The position numbers and the translations under genes were made by a program. The notes beneath the pieces were generated by a model. It saw only the letters and a program-made list of their open reading frames with translations. It did not search any database and was not told where the DNA came from. Shown in pieces: positions 15,501-25,729 of a stretch of DNA of 64,000 nucleotides (the first letter of the stretch is position 1; every line of letters starts with the position of its first letter). Source of the DNA: Macrostomum lignano. Taxonomy: Eukaryota. Where the stretch lies: positions 124,001-188,000 of the forward strand of contig NIVC01000184.1 in the NCBI GenBank assembly GCA_002269645.1, in the 5' to 3' direction.

Positions 15501-17606
15501 CAGAAGGTTTCATCTGCCTAGTTTAGGTTCGATCCAACACCATCAGACCCTATTCAACACTATCAGACCTTATCCAACACCATCAGAGCCTATCCAACAC
15601 CATCAGACCCTATCCAACACCATCAGACCTTATCCAACACCATAAGACCCTATTCAACACCATCAGACCCTATCCAACACCAACAGACCCTATCCAACAC
15701 CATCAGACCCTATCCAACACCATCAGACCCTATCCAACACCATTAGACCCTATCCAACACCAACAGACCCTATCCAACACCATCAGATCCTATCCAACAC
15801 CATCAGACCCTATCCAGCACCATCAGACCCTATCCAGCACCATCAGACCCTATCCAGCACCATCAGACCCTATCCAACACCATTAGACCCTATCCAACAC
15901 CATCAGACCTATTTAACACCATCAGACCCTATCCAACACCATCAGACCCTATCCAACACCATCAGACCTATTTAACACCATCAGACCCTATCCAACTATC
16001 CAACTATCCTATCCAAAATCATTAGATCAGTCTAAAAACCTCCGAACTACTCGTAATGAGAAAAAAAGAGAATTTTTGCTTTCCGATCTGCTTTCGCAAT
16101 AACCAGCCTAGCCTTTTACTAGCTCGTACCCAACAAGACTCGGTGCAAAGAGACGCTCTGCAGAGTATCCATTGCTCACGCTAATCTAGTTAGCAACTAA
16201 AAGAAGCAAAACATGCACAAGATAGCAAGCAGTCTGGTGTAGACACAAGATTGAGTCTGACAGGCCCAAAAGCAGCTTTGGCGGCACCGATGACAACAGC
16301 CGTATTAGATGCCAGGATGCCCCATCACTTTTAACGCCTGTCCCATTATCTCGCCAACTCATCTACATCGCTGATTTCGATCAGCTCCAAGCATCGCCAA
16401 GCATCAAACAGTTTTTCTTCTTTCTACAAAAACCATCAAATTTGTCCAGACGGCCTCGTCGCCAGGCAGCTTGAGTCTGCATCCGGCAACTGACTCGGAC
16501 TTCTCTGAGTTGCCAATGTCTGCAGCAACAACAACAACTGCTGCTACTGCTGCTGCTACGTGTTCAGCAGCTTCGGGACCGGCAACTGCAGGACCGTCAG
16601 AACCGTCCCCCAGCGGGCTGGCAGCAGAGCGGAGCCGTGACGACTGTTGGTGGAAGCCAAGAAAGAGAAGTACGCTTCTGACACTTGTACGCTTGTACAA
16701 TGACGCTCGACCATCGTGTAAATTTTGCTGCAAATGCATTGGCAAGACATATATGATGTTTTCAGCTTTTTAGCGCTGGATTTTAGCACCTCCTAGCCTT
16801 CCAAATAATATATATCAATACATATTTGCAACCGGGTTGTTAGCACTACATCTTCCCACAATCAGTACTGACGGCAATTATGCCCATTCCGGTGACCCCT
16901 GAGTACATACATAATCGCTCCCATACTGTACGCAGGCTTGCACTCGTACACACGATCACACAGGGTGTACAGCGTGTACACACGCTCACCCTTTGACTTT
17001 TTAATCACCAATTATTGAACAGTTTTGTTTTACTAAGCTAGCGGTCACGAGAAAATTCCATCTGGAAAGAAGCCTCCTAATAGAAAGGAACAAAGAACTG
17101 AATGAGCTGGGAACTGGGAACTTTCTATCTCGAAATGAATTCTTCAGTGAAAATTGTCCAGCAACAAAACTTGCTCGTCTTCTGCTTTAGTTGATAAGAG
17201 CAACAGGTAGGTATGCGTGTTGCGTAAGTGTCAGGAGCATGGTTGATATTTTTAACGATAGCCCTAATTACTGATTCTTTTAGTTATTGACGCTACTGAA
17301 AATAATAATTACGTTTTCTTCAGCAGTTTCTTTTAAAAATAAAATACACATGCCGTCTTACTACTAGTTTAAATAGTAGAATAATAAACATTTATCTGTA
17401 GAATTTTGATTTTTATAAACGACTACACAAAAATTATCTTTCTAGATCGTCAGCGATGGTTCAACAGTCTTGAGCATCGGCGTTCGATCAGCCTCATCCA
17501 GCAGCATCTCCAGCAGCAGCAGCAGCAGCAATTGCATCTTCAACAACAGCAGCAGTTTTGGCAATGGAAGCAGAATCTGGGCTCGCTGACTGGAAGTGCA
17601 GTGTGA
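4481..17606 (+). CDS. Notch-like transmembrane receptor, 5'-partial: 11 EGF repeats, 3 LNR repeats, HD-like region, TM, low-complexity cytoplasmic tail without visible ankyrin repeats
   Basis: Predicted join 4481-4951, 8802-9340, 13564-15333, 16450-16669, 17446-17606. All introns GT-AG with consistent phases (1,0,0,1). Split EGFs rejoin correctly (DGFSG|TRCE; KPGFQ|GPYCQ). Calcium-binding EGFs (IDVNEC...), three LNR motifs ending DGGDC, TM FLLPAAVAAACLLVLGLLLGFLLSAM followed by RR. First three exons high confidence, last two moderate. Confidence 0.85.
5407..6335. repeat. 16-bp minisatellite (AAACTCTAAACTTCAC / AAACTCGAAGCTTCAC)n in Notch-like intron
   Basis: Period 16 with two interspersed variants. 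Confidence 0.95.
7210..7532. repeat. 16-bp minisatellite (TCAGAGAGTCAGGGYG)n
   Basis: Period 16. Confidence 0.95.
8329..8757. repeat. 27-bp C-rich minisatellite (CACAGCCAACCCCCTCACCCACCACCC)n
   Basis: Period 27; source of the PTPSPTTPQ pseudo-ORF; ends ~45 nt before an acceptor. Confidence 0.93.
8802..9340 (+). CDS. Notch-like exon: EGF repeats 5-8
   Basis: Acceptor ttcctctgcag|, donor cag|gtgagt; EGF cysteine spacing. Confidence 0.93.
9598..10165. repeat. 19-bp minisatellite (ACCCACCCCATCCTCCGCT)n, array 1
   Basis: Period 19. Confidence 0.95.
10625..12135. repeat. 21-bp minisatellite (CACTCCTCACCCGTCACTCTT)n with a 315-bp higher-order period
   Basis: Period 21; a rare variant recurs at 11130, 11445 and 11760. 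Confidence 0.96.
12723..13362. repeat. 19-bp minisatellite, array 2 (same unit as 9598-10165)
   Basis: Same consensus unit. Confidence 0.95.
13564..15333 (+). CDS. Notch-like exon: EGF 9-11, LNR x3, HD-like region, TM, juxtamembrane tail
   Basis: Acceptor tttccttgcag|, donor cag|gtgagt; LNRs at ~13990-14365; TM 14971-15048. Confidence 0.95.
15533..15993. repeat. 20-bp minisatellite (ACCATCAGACCCTATCCAAC)n
   Basis: Period 20. Confidence 0.95.
16450..16669 (+). CDS. Probable Notch-like cytoplasmic exon (Ser/Thr/Ala-rich, ends DDCWWKPRKR)
   Basis: Acceptor tttgtccag|, phase 0 matches the previous donor; candidate donor a|gtacgc. Confidence 0.6.
17446..17606 (+). CDS. Probable terminal Notch-like exon with poly-Gln tract
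   Basis: Acceptor atctttctag|; phase 1 matches the 16669 donor; GC-rich coding-like island in AT-rich DNA. The phase-0 alternative is also short (poly-Ser, ends IWAR*). Confidence 0.5.
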
Positions 17607-18267
17607 CGATAGCTGCTAGGCAACTTTAATGTGCTATAAATCAAAACGCGTCATAAGATCTCTATTTTAAACTATTTGCTAATCGCAAAGCGAACTATTT
17701 CATATCAATCTACTTGAGTTTGAAAACAATTTACTTACAAATTTAATGTTCTTTTTTAACATGTCAGAAATGTATGATTTATATTGTAATAATTTTTCTA
17801 AGAATCCATTATATTTAACACTGCATTTTCTAGGCAAAGTAACCATCTATCTGGAAACGCAATTTCTAGTATTTCTAGCCATATTGCATCTAGCAGGCCT
17901 AAGGCGTATTGAAGCGAGGTTTAAATAAACGCTCGACAGTCCTGTCGGCTGAGAATGTCTATGGCCAAAATCCATTTGATCCAGTGTGAAACGGCCGCGG
18001 TCTGGCTGTCTGTGGTCAATCCTCACTTGGCGCTATGCTGATAATATTGATTGACTGCTTGGGCAAAAACGACCATAATGTATCGATGAGCTCTTTTAAG
18101 CTCTCGTAACTAGTCAAAATTGTTCTCAAATAAAAACGTCTTGTAGAAAAATTTTGTTAAAACCAGTGCTTTGTCTAATGAAGCCAGCTATGCAAACAGT
18201 GTTTAAACAAGTGTTTTTAATGGCTCTGGCACCCCTTGATGCTAAAGCCCCTTTGATGCTAAAGCAT

Positions 18268-20627
18268 CAAACCCAGTTTCCACTGACCGAGAAGGAACTG
18301 CTAGACAAACCCAGTTTCCACTGACCGAGCAGGAACTACTAGACAAACCCAGTTTCCACTGACCGAGCAGGAACTGCTAGACAAACCCAGTTTCCACTGA
18401 CCGAGCAGGAACTGCTAGACAAACCCAGTTTCCACTGACCGAGCAGGAACTATTAGACAAACCCAGTTTCCACTGACCGAGAAGGAACTGTTAGACAAAC
18501 CCAGTTTCCACTGACCGAGCAGGAACTGTTAGACAAACCCAGTTTCCACTGACCGAGCAGGAACTGCTAGACAAACCCAGTTTCCACTGACCGAGCAGGA
18601 ACTGTTAGACAAACCCAGTTTCCACTGACCGAGCAGGAACTATTAGACAAACCCAGTTTCCACTGACCGAGCAGGAACTGTTAGACAAACCCAGTTTCCA
18701 CTGACCGAGCAGGAACTGTTAGACAAACCCAGTTTCCACTGACCGAGCAGGAACTGTTAGACAAACCCAGTTTCCACTGACCGAGCAGGAACTGTTAGAC
18801 AAACCCAGTTTCCACTGACCGAGAAGGAACTGCTAGACAAACCCAGTTTCCACTGACCGAGCAGGAACTGTTAGACAAACCCAGTTTCCACTGACCGAGA
18901 AGGAACTGTTAGACAAACCCAGTTTCCACTGACCGAGCAGGAACTGTTAGACAAACCCAGTTTCCACTGACCGAGCAGGAACTGTTAGACAAACCCAGTT
19001 TCCACTGACCGAGCAGGAACTGCTAGACAAACCCAGTTTCCACTGACCGAGCAGGAACTGTTAGACAAACCCAGTTTCCACTGACCGAGCAGGAACTGCT
19101 AGACAAACCCAGTTTCCACTGACGAGCAGGAACTGCTAGACAAACCCAGTTTCCACTGACCGAGCAGGAACTGCTAGACAAACCCAGTTTCCACTGACCG
19201 AGCAGGAACTATTAGACAAACCCAGTTTCCACTGACCGAGCAGGAACTATTAGACAAACCCAGTTTCCACTGACCGAGAAGGAACTGCTAGACAAACCCA
19301 GTTTCCACTGACCGAGCAGGAACTGTTAGACAAACCCAGTTTCCACTGACCGAGAAGGAACTGCTAGACAAACCCAGTTTCCACTGACCGAGCAGGAACT
19401 GTTAGACAAACCCAGTTTCCACTGACCGAGCAGGAACTATTAGACAAACCCAGTTTCCACTGACCGAGCAGGAACTGTTAGACAAACCCAGTTTCCACTG
19501 ACCGAGCAGGAACTGCTAGACAAACCCAGTTTCCACTGACCGAGCAGGAACTGTTAGACAAACCCAGTTTCCACTGACCGAGCAGGAACTGTTAGACAAA
19601 CCCAGTTTCCACTGACCGAGAAGGAACTGCTAGACAAACCCAGTTTCCACTGACCGAGCAGGAACTGTTAGACAAACCCAGTTTTCACTGACCGAGAAGG
19701 AACTGTTAGACAAACCCAGTTTCCACTGACCGAGCAGGAACTGTTAGACAAACCCAGTTTCCACTGACCGAGCAGGAACTGTTAGACAAACCCAGTTTCC
19801 ACTGACCGAGCAGGAACTGCTAGACAAACCCAGTTTCCACTGACCGAGCAGGAACTGCTAGACAAACCCAGTTTCCACTGACCGAGCAGGAACTGTTAGA
19901 CAAACCCAGTTTCCACTGACCGAGCAGGAACTGTTAGACAAACCCAGTTTCCACTGACCGAGCAGGAACTGTTAGACAAACCCAGTTTCCACTGACCGAG
20001 CAGGAACTGTTAGACAAACCCAGTTTCCACTGACCGAGAAGGAACTGCTAGACAAACCCAGTTTCCACTGACCGAGCAGGAACTGTTAGACAAACCCAGT
20101 TTCCACTGACCGAGCAGGAACTATTAGACAAACCCAGTTTCCACTGACCGAGCAGGAACTGCTAGACAAACCCAGTTTCCACTGACCGAGCAGGAACTGT
20201 TAGACAAACCCAGTTTCCACTGACCGAGCAGGAACTGTTAGACAAACCCAGTTTCCACTGACCGAGCAGGAACTGCTAGACAAACCCAGTTTCCACTGAC
20301 CGAGCAGGAACTGTTAGACAAACCCAGTTTCCACTGACCGAGCAGGAACTGTTAGACAAACCCAGTTTCCACTGACCGAGCAGGAACTGTTAGACAAACC
20401 CAGTTTCCACTGACCGAGCAGGAACTGCTAGACAAACCCAGTTTCCACTGACCGAGCAGGAACTGTTAGACAAACCCAGTTTCCACTGACCGAGCAGGAA
20501 CTGTTAGACAAACCCAGTTTCCACTGACCGAGCAGGAACTGTTAGACAAACCCAGTTTCCACTGACCGAGCAGGAACTGCTAGACAAACCCAGTTTCCAC
20601 TGACCGAGCAGGAACTATTAGACAAAG
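18268..20627. repeat. 38-bp satellite (AAACCCAGTTTCCACTGACCGAGCAGGAACTGTTAGAC)n, ~62 units
   Basis: Head-to-tail units with no spacers; variation largely confined to a few positions. Confidence 0.97.
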
Positions 20628-22034
20628 CCAGCCATTTTTTCTCATTCAATAATAATCTATTACGTTTTCCGCACGAATCGGGTGGTGGAGATGCGAGTTG
20701 AGAGGCGCAAACCGGACGTATATAGGCAGCTAACTGCCGACTCTCCCACCATGCAGCGTCAAGCCCTGCTCAAAAGCATTGTTTCATACACAGCTAGGCT
20801 GCCTAATGCAGTCCCGCACTGCCGGTGAAAAACCATTATCGCATGAATACGAGCTACATCAGCAAATTTAGCTTGAAAAAGTTGATAGCGATTCACTGAA
20901 GCTTTTTGAATTTAAAACGGAATCTCTGTTTTTGCATGGTGACGCTTCCTGTCGAGGCTTAAAAAATTATACTATAAATTTCTGAACTGACTTACTCTTT
21001 GTATCGGCCAAAAAATCTGCTTTTTTTCTTATTCTGTAAGCACAATAAAGTAATGCATAAGTGTAATATTCTCGTAGTGCACTTGTTTTATCCACTAGTT
21101 TCAGAACGGAAATAAATTTTGGATCTATTGTCTGGGTTTTCTACCAATGACAATAGATTCAGTAATTATCCACAGAAAAGCTATGTAATATCACGTGCCT
21201 ATAATCTAAATCCGATGCACTTTCTACAATAATTCCTGAGTAAAGTAGTTTAACTGTCTGTTTTACAGAAAGTCCTTATTCGATATGCTTTTCATGTCAC
21301 ATGTTGCCTCTATTCGAAATTGTGGTGGCGTGTGAAATGTGTCTGGGTTGTTGGTGCTGGGTTGATTTGTGTGTTTCATAGGGGTTGCGCTGCTCTGGCG
21401 TTATTTTGTCTTCTCTCTGTACTGCTCTGGCGTTTTAGTCCCTTTCTACGAGTACAATAAATAGTTGTCGAATATATAAGTCGAGTATACCAGCCCAACT
21501 CTGCATCGCGTGGCGCAATAGCGTCACTCAAAAGTCAATACTGGGCCTAGAATTTACTCCGCACTCTCAAAGCTGGTGACTTTTTAATTTTGCTGAGTAT
21601 ATTTAAAATCTGAAAAGTAGGATACTGAGAATCTTGCGCATGCCTTATCCATGCTTTTCTGTCAGGCAAAATTCAAGAAGAAGACTCTCCCTGGAATCTA
21701 CTTGGTTCATTCACTATTCGGAAGTCCGAAAGTTTGGACTTCCGTTACCGTCAAAAATTAAAATTACGATCTTTTTTCTGCAAAAAACCGGCCGCATATT
21801 TCGAAATCTATAAGCTTGAGTAGCATCTTTTGATTTTGCTAATTACAGGATTGTACTTCACGAGAAAAAACTTTATTCAGTGCAAAACAATGAATGAAAA
21901 ATAGGCACGCCTAAGTTCTTCATATTGTTCTATTGAATATCCAAACTCTGTTGAAAATTCATTCTTTGCAACAGGATATTGAGGAGGCCATCAACACATA
22001 GGGGATGCTTATTTTTCATTTTCACTGTCTCTTT

Positions 22035-24230
22035 TTACCACAGACGGCACTCATCGGAGGCGACCTCGGGCTGGGAAGTCGGACAGCCGAACGCTCTGAA
22101 GAAGTCGTCATCGCCGGAGATGAGGCTCCGTATGCGCAGTCTGCCTGGCGTGTGGCTCCACGTCTCGCTGCCAGTCTCCATGAAGTGATGCAGGAACTCT
22201 TGGCTACTCTTCGAGCAAAAAGTCCGCAGGCTGGCAATGTAGAGCAGCTGCTGCGGTGAGTAGCGCTCCATGAATCCTGGCAGTTGTTGGTCGATGCCCG
22301 ACTCAGCTAGAAGTTCGATAGTCACCGACAGACCGATCCTGTCTGCGAAGTCCTCCTTAACGTTGGTCTTGTTGAAGCCCAGTCGGAGAAGCAGACTTTG
22401 TCTAAGGCAAGCGTGCTTCTCCTGGAGTCGGGCACCAAATGAGGCGTTTAATATCCCATCGTCATGTTGATTGAATGAACCAAATACAGCGTGCGTGAGC
22501 TCGTGAGCGAGCACCAGCGCTTGAGTACCGACACTGACTGCCGCTGGCTGGTCTGACAGATAATGCGGATATTCTAAGAAAGCTGGCGTCAGAATCACTG
22601 CCTTCTGATATGCGTTATAATGCGGCGATTCCTGGTCAAAAGTTTCCTCCATCGTTCGAAAGATCAGGTAATTTTGAAGAGCCAACGCTCGGACTAGAAA
22701 GCAAGCCGGGCTAACTAATATTGTGCATCCTCTGGGTGGCATCGAGTCAAACGCTTCGCCAAAATGCTGCACCAGAGCAGTCTCGCTGACTTGCTCTGTG
22801 AAAAAATTCAACTTAGTTTGCTGCAGTCGTCGCTTCAACACGGCCTTGTCGGGCTCAGGAATCCAAGTCTGCAACTCCAATGCCGACGCGTAGACCGTCT
22901 TGATTCGGTGGAAAATATCAAAGATTTCAGCTTCAACTGCGAGACGCTCCTCTTTTAACATCCTGGCGTAGCGACCGTGCAGCAGGGGGCGAAATGCTCC
23001 TTCAAAGTTGACAGTCGAACTCGATGACTCGCTTCTTACTTTTCCGAATAGAACGTCCAAACATTTGGCATTTTTTGGAGTTGAAAAGATTGCAGCGCCC
23101 AGCACGCAGATTTGGTTGAGTATGATCAGTTTAGGCAGCTCTGTGAATCGCCTACCGCATTTTTCTAGAACGCAAACGGTACGCAGAAAAGATTTCGTAT
23201 CTGGCAGCACCAGCGGTGTCAAATCATCAGCAGGCGGATGTCCCGACAACTGAAGGTTCAGCCGCAGAAACTCGTCGAACCCGAAGGTTAAGTTGGCTCG
23301 CCGAAGCAGCCGCTTAGCATCGCCCACCGTCTGTACAGGTAATTCGTCTGCAACAACCCTTTCTGCGGTTCGGTTGCAGGGATCATTCCACAGAAGCAGG
23401 TCGGATTGAGCACGTCGTATAAGGCCAAACAGACTGCCGCCGCGTGATCTAAGCTGCAGCAATCGCATCATTCTGTAGGCCTGAAACGGCAGATTTCTCA
23501 ACAACGGCCCGACAACCTTGAGACCATGAAAATTATCGTTAGACGTCAGCAAAATTGCCGGTCTGCCAGCTGCGTTCGCAACGCCTGGTATAACAATCAT
23601 CGGGCTGATGAAGCTCTTTGCTGACTGTGTCGGCATCAGCTGTTCGAGTCTCAGCTGTTGCCGCATATTCAATCCTTTAATCGCGCGATCTGCAATTTCG
23701 TCCAGAATCTCGGCTCCGTTAGCCATCAGCATTCCATGGAAGCTCCAGTCTTCAAGGGTTGTTTCCAGCAAGGCGCACTCTCGGAAAGCTTTCACAGCCA
23801 GCTGCTCATAGGCTTGAAGCCTTGTCGAGTTTGGCTGCCCGGCCTGACCGGACCCTGTGCAGTTGGCGTCCCAGCAACCCGTCACTAGCTGCTCGGTCAC
23901 CCGCTCGCTGTACGCGGATCCGGTCCGCTGAATGTAGTCTAGATTGACGAATATCCTCTGCACCAGGCTCTGGCCCGTGAACTGCTGTTTAGAGCGGAAT
24001 CCGCCGCACAGGAATTCTTCAAAGTCCTGACACGGATCAGACGAAGTGTTCAACGTGCTTTGCAGTTCCATCGACATTTTCCAACAGTTTAGCGTTCGAC
24101 AAACTCTTGTTCCATTCGTAGCAGTTTCGTTGGCAGCTCCAAATGGTGGGAGCAAAGACATCAATGAAGCGGTCAAGAACACAATGTTGCCTACCAGTGG
24201 CTTCAATGATGTCAGTCGAAGCTCTGCCAT
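22035..24230 (-). CDS. M13-family zinc metallopeptidase (neprilysin/ECE-like), intronless, 731 aa
   Basis: N-terminal hydrophobic segment; CLNCW and DPCQDFEEFLCGG matching the NEP N-terminal Cys motif; HELTH (HExxH); EDFADRIG (cf. ENIADNGG); HTPGRLR (cf. HSP..R); terminal C...W. TATA-like sequence at ~24306-24317 and AATAAA at 21872-21877 on the - strand. Confidence 0.92.
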   Translation of the reverse strand: MAELRLTSLKPLVGNIVFLTASLMSLLPPFGAANETATNGTRVCRTLNCWKMSMELQSTLNTSSDPCQDFEEFLCGGFRSKQQFTGQSLVQRIFVNLDYIQRTGSAYSERVTEQLVTGCWDANCTGSGQAGQPNSTRLQAYEQLAVKAFRECALLETTLEDWSFHGMLMANGAEILDEIADRAIKGLNMRQQLRLEQLMPTQSAKSFISPMIVIPGVANAAGRPAILLTSNDNFHGLKVVGPLLRNLPFQAYRMMRLLQLRSRGGSLFGLIRRAQSDLLLWNDPCNRTAERVVADELPVQTVGDAKRLLRRANLTFGFDEFLRLNLQLSGHPPADDLTPLVLPDTKSFLRTVCVLEKCGRRFTELPKLIILNQICVLGAAIFSTPKNAKCLDVLFGKVRSESSSSTVNFEGAFRPLLHGRYARMLKEERLAVEAEIFDIFHRIKTVYASALELQTWIPEPDKAVLKRRLQQTKLNFFTEQVSETALVQHFGEAFDSMPPRGCTILVSPACFLVRALALQNYLIFRTMEETFDQESPHYNAYQKAVILTPAFLEYPHYLSDQPAAVSVGTQALVLAHELTHAVFGSFNQHDDGILNASFGARLQEKHACLRQSLLLRLGFNKTNVKEDFADRIGLSVTIELLAESGIDQQLPGFMERYSPQQLLYIASLRTFCSKSSQEFLHHFMETGSETWSHTPGRLRIRSLISGDDDFFRAFGCPTSQPEVASDECRLW

Positions 24231-25331
24231 CTTAAAAATTTAAGTCGATTGCTAAGCATAAATAAAGTGCCTGCTGTTTGAACAGAGAAAACAGCTGCTA
24301 CGGCCTTATAATTTATATTCGTTTATTTCGTAGTTCAGAAGCGTTTGAAATATTGTTTATGTTAAATTACTATCTGATATAAAAATCAAAGAGGTCTGAA
24401 GGGTGAGAAGAGGTGCCCCAAGCGATGATGGTGATACGATCCAGCACATGTGGTCTTGAAATTTTTCACGCAGGATTGATGCGGCTAGTCAGATAAAGGT
24501 CTAATTAAGCACCGAACGCAGATAATTTTGGCTTTCTTTCACAGTTCAGCCGCTTGCCCGGCTATTCAGTTGAACCAACGCAAAAGTGCGCATGGTCAGG
24601 GCTAGTTATTTTTCAATGCTTCTTTTTTTCACAAATCGGACCATATTTTCAAAACTCTACTGACTCATCACTTCTATAGGAAAATTTCAACGTAGATTTT
24701 CGTTAAAATCTTGCATAAACTGATTATTTTTGTAATCAAACTAGCGCGCAGATGCAGTGCAAGTGCACTAGTAGCTGGCCCCACGTATTTTTATGTAGAG
24801 GCACCCTGGCGCACTTTAAGCGACACTGTCACACAGCCGGCGAGAGGCATTACTGCCCATTCCGCCGACTCCCCTAAGCTGGTACGCAGTCATACGCACA
24901 GGCACACACTCACACAGGAGTGCACAGCGGCCTTAACTTTATTTATCGTTAGGTATGTGTGCGCGTTAGACTCTGTGTTTGAGCGTTTTATTTTTTGCTA
25001 TTATTATATTCAATCAAATATAAAGTCAACTAGTTTCAAATTTGCTTTCGAAATTCGAAATTCGAAAGTTCCATATGGTCTAAGCATTAAGATTTTGTGT
25101 TTAATCGCAAGGTTTTGTGTTAATATGCCTCCGTAACTTTTACTGGCCTTTGCAATGCTTAGTTTGTTTATTTCGTTCCGCATACGATTTTGAAATTTCT
25201 CATAATTCTTATTCGTTATTTTCAAATTACACTGTGAACTTATTAGCCTGGCAAAATTAACCACTTTGCCGTCAGAGTCAAGGTGAAGTCGTCAAGTAAC
25301 TTCCTCAAAGATTTGTCCCTAAACGGTTGGT

Positions 25332-25729
25332 TTAATCGAACGGAGACAGGCACTCGCAGAGGGCGCCTCGCAGGTCCGGATCGTTCTCCCAGAAGTCAGA
25401 TATCTTGCTGGTTTTATACTTGCCGAGAGTATTCTCCCTATCCAAATAGTTGCTTGGCTCCTTCTCTGCCCAGTAACTGGCGTTGAACGTAATGTTGCAA
25501 GCGACCCAGTACCAGCCATCGGCAGCATGCGCACTTCCAGGTGCTTGAAAGCCTCCAACAAAGAAGTAGCCAATGCTGTAATTGTTGTAGATGAAGTCCA
25601 AATGCTGCAGCTCAGTAGTGCTCGTCATGTCAGCCATGATCGTCAGGCTCCCATCGGAGTCGCACTTGTCTTTGCCCTGCTGCCATGACATTGATGCTGT
25701 ACTCGAAACGTAGTTTAGTTTGTACTTCA
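25332..25729 (-). CDS. C-type lectin domain exon (lectin 1); upstream coding portion not identified
   Basis: CTLD motifs FFVGG, GWYWV, WAEKEPSN, LCEC; preceded by a 67-nt GT-AG intron (25796-25730); no signal/PAN exon found. Confidence 0.75.

Noticed and set aside
18268-20627. 38-bp palindromic repeat array as a CRISPR array
   Set aside because: Units are head-to-tail with no unique spacers, there are no cas genes, and the context is eukaryotic
21320-21492. Possible solo LTR (TG...AATAAA...CA)
   Set aside because: No target-site duplication or convincing terminal inverted repeat, and no second copy in the window
7035-24920. ~45-bp motif (TACTGYACGCAGGC..GCACTC.TACACA.G.TCACACAG) at ~7035 and ~16922, with a weaker copy at ~24880
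   Set aside because: Probably fragments of a dispersed repeat; too short to classify or assign a function
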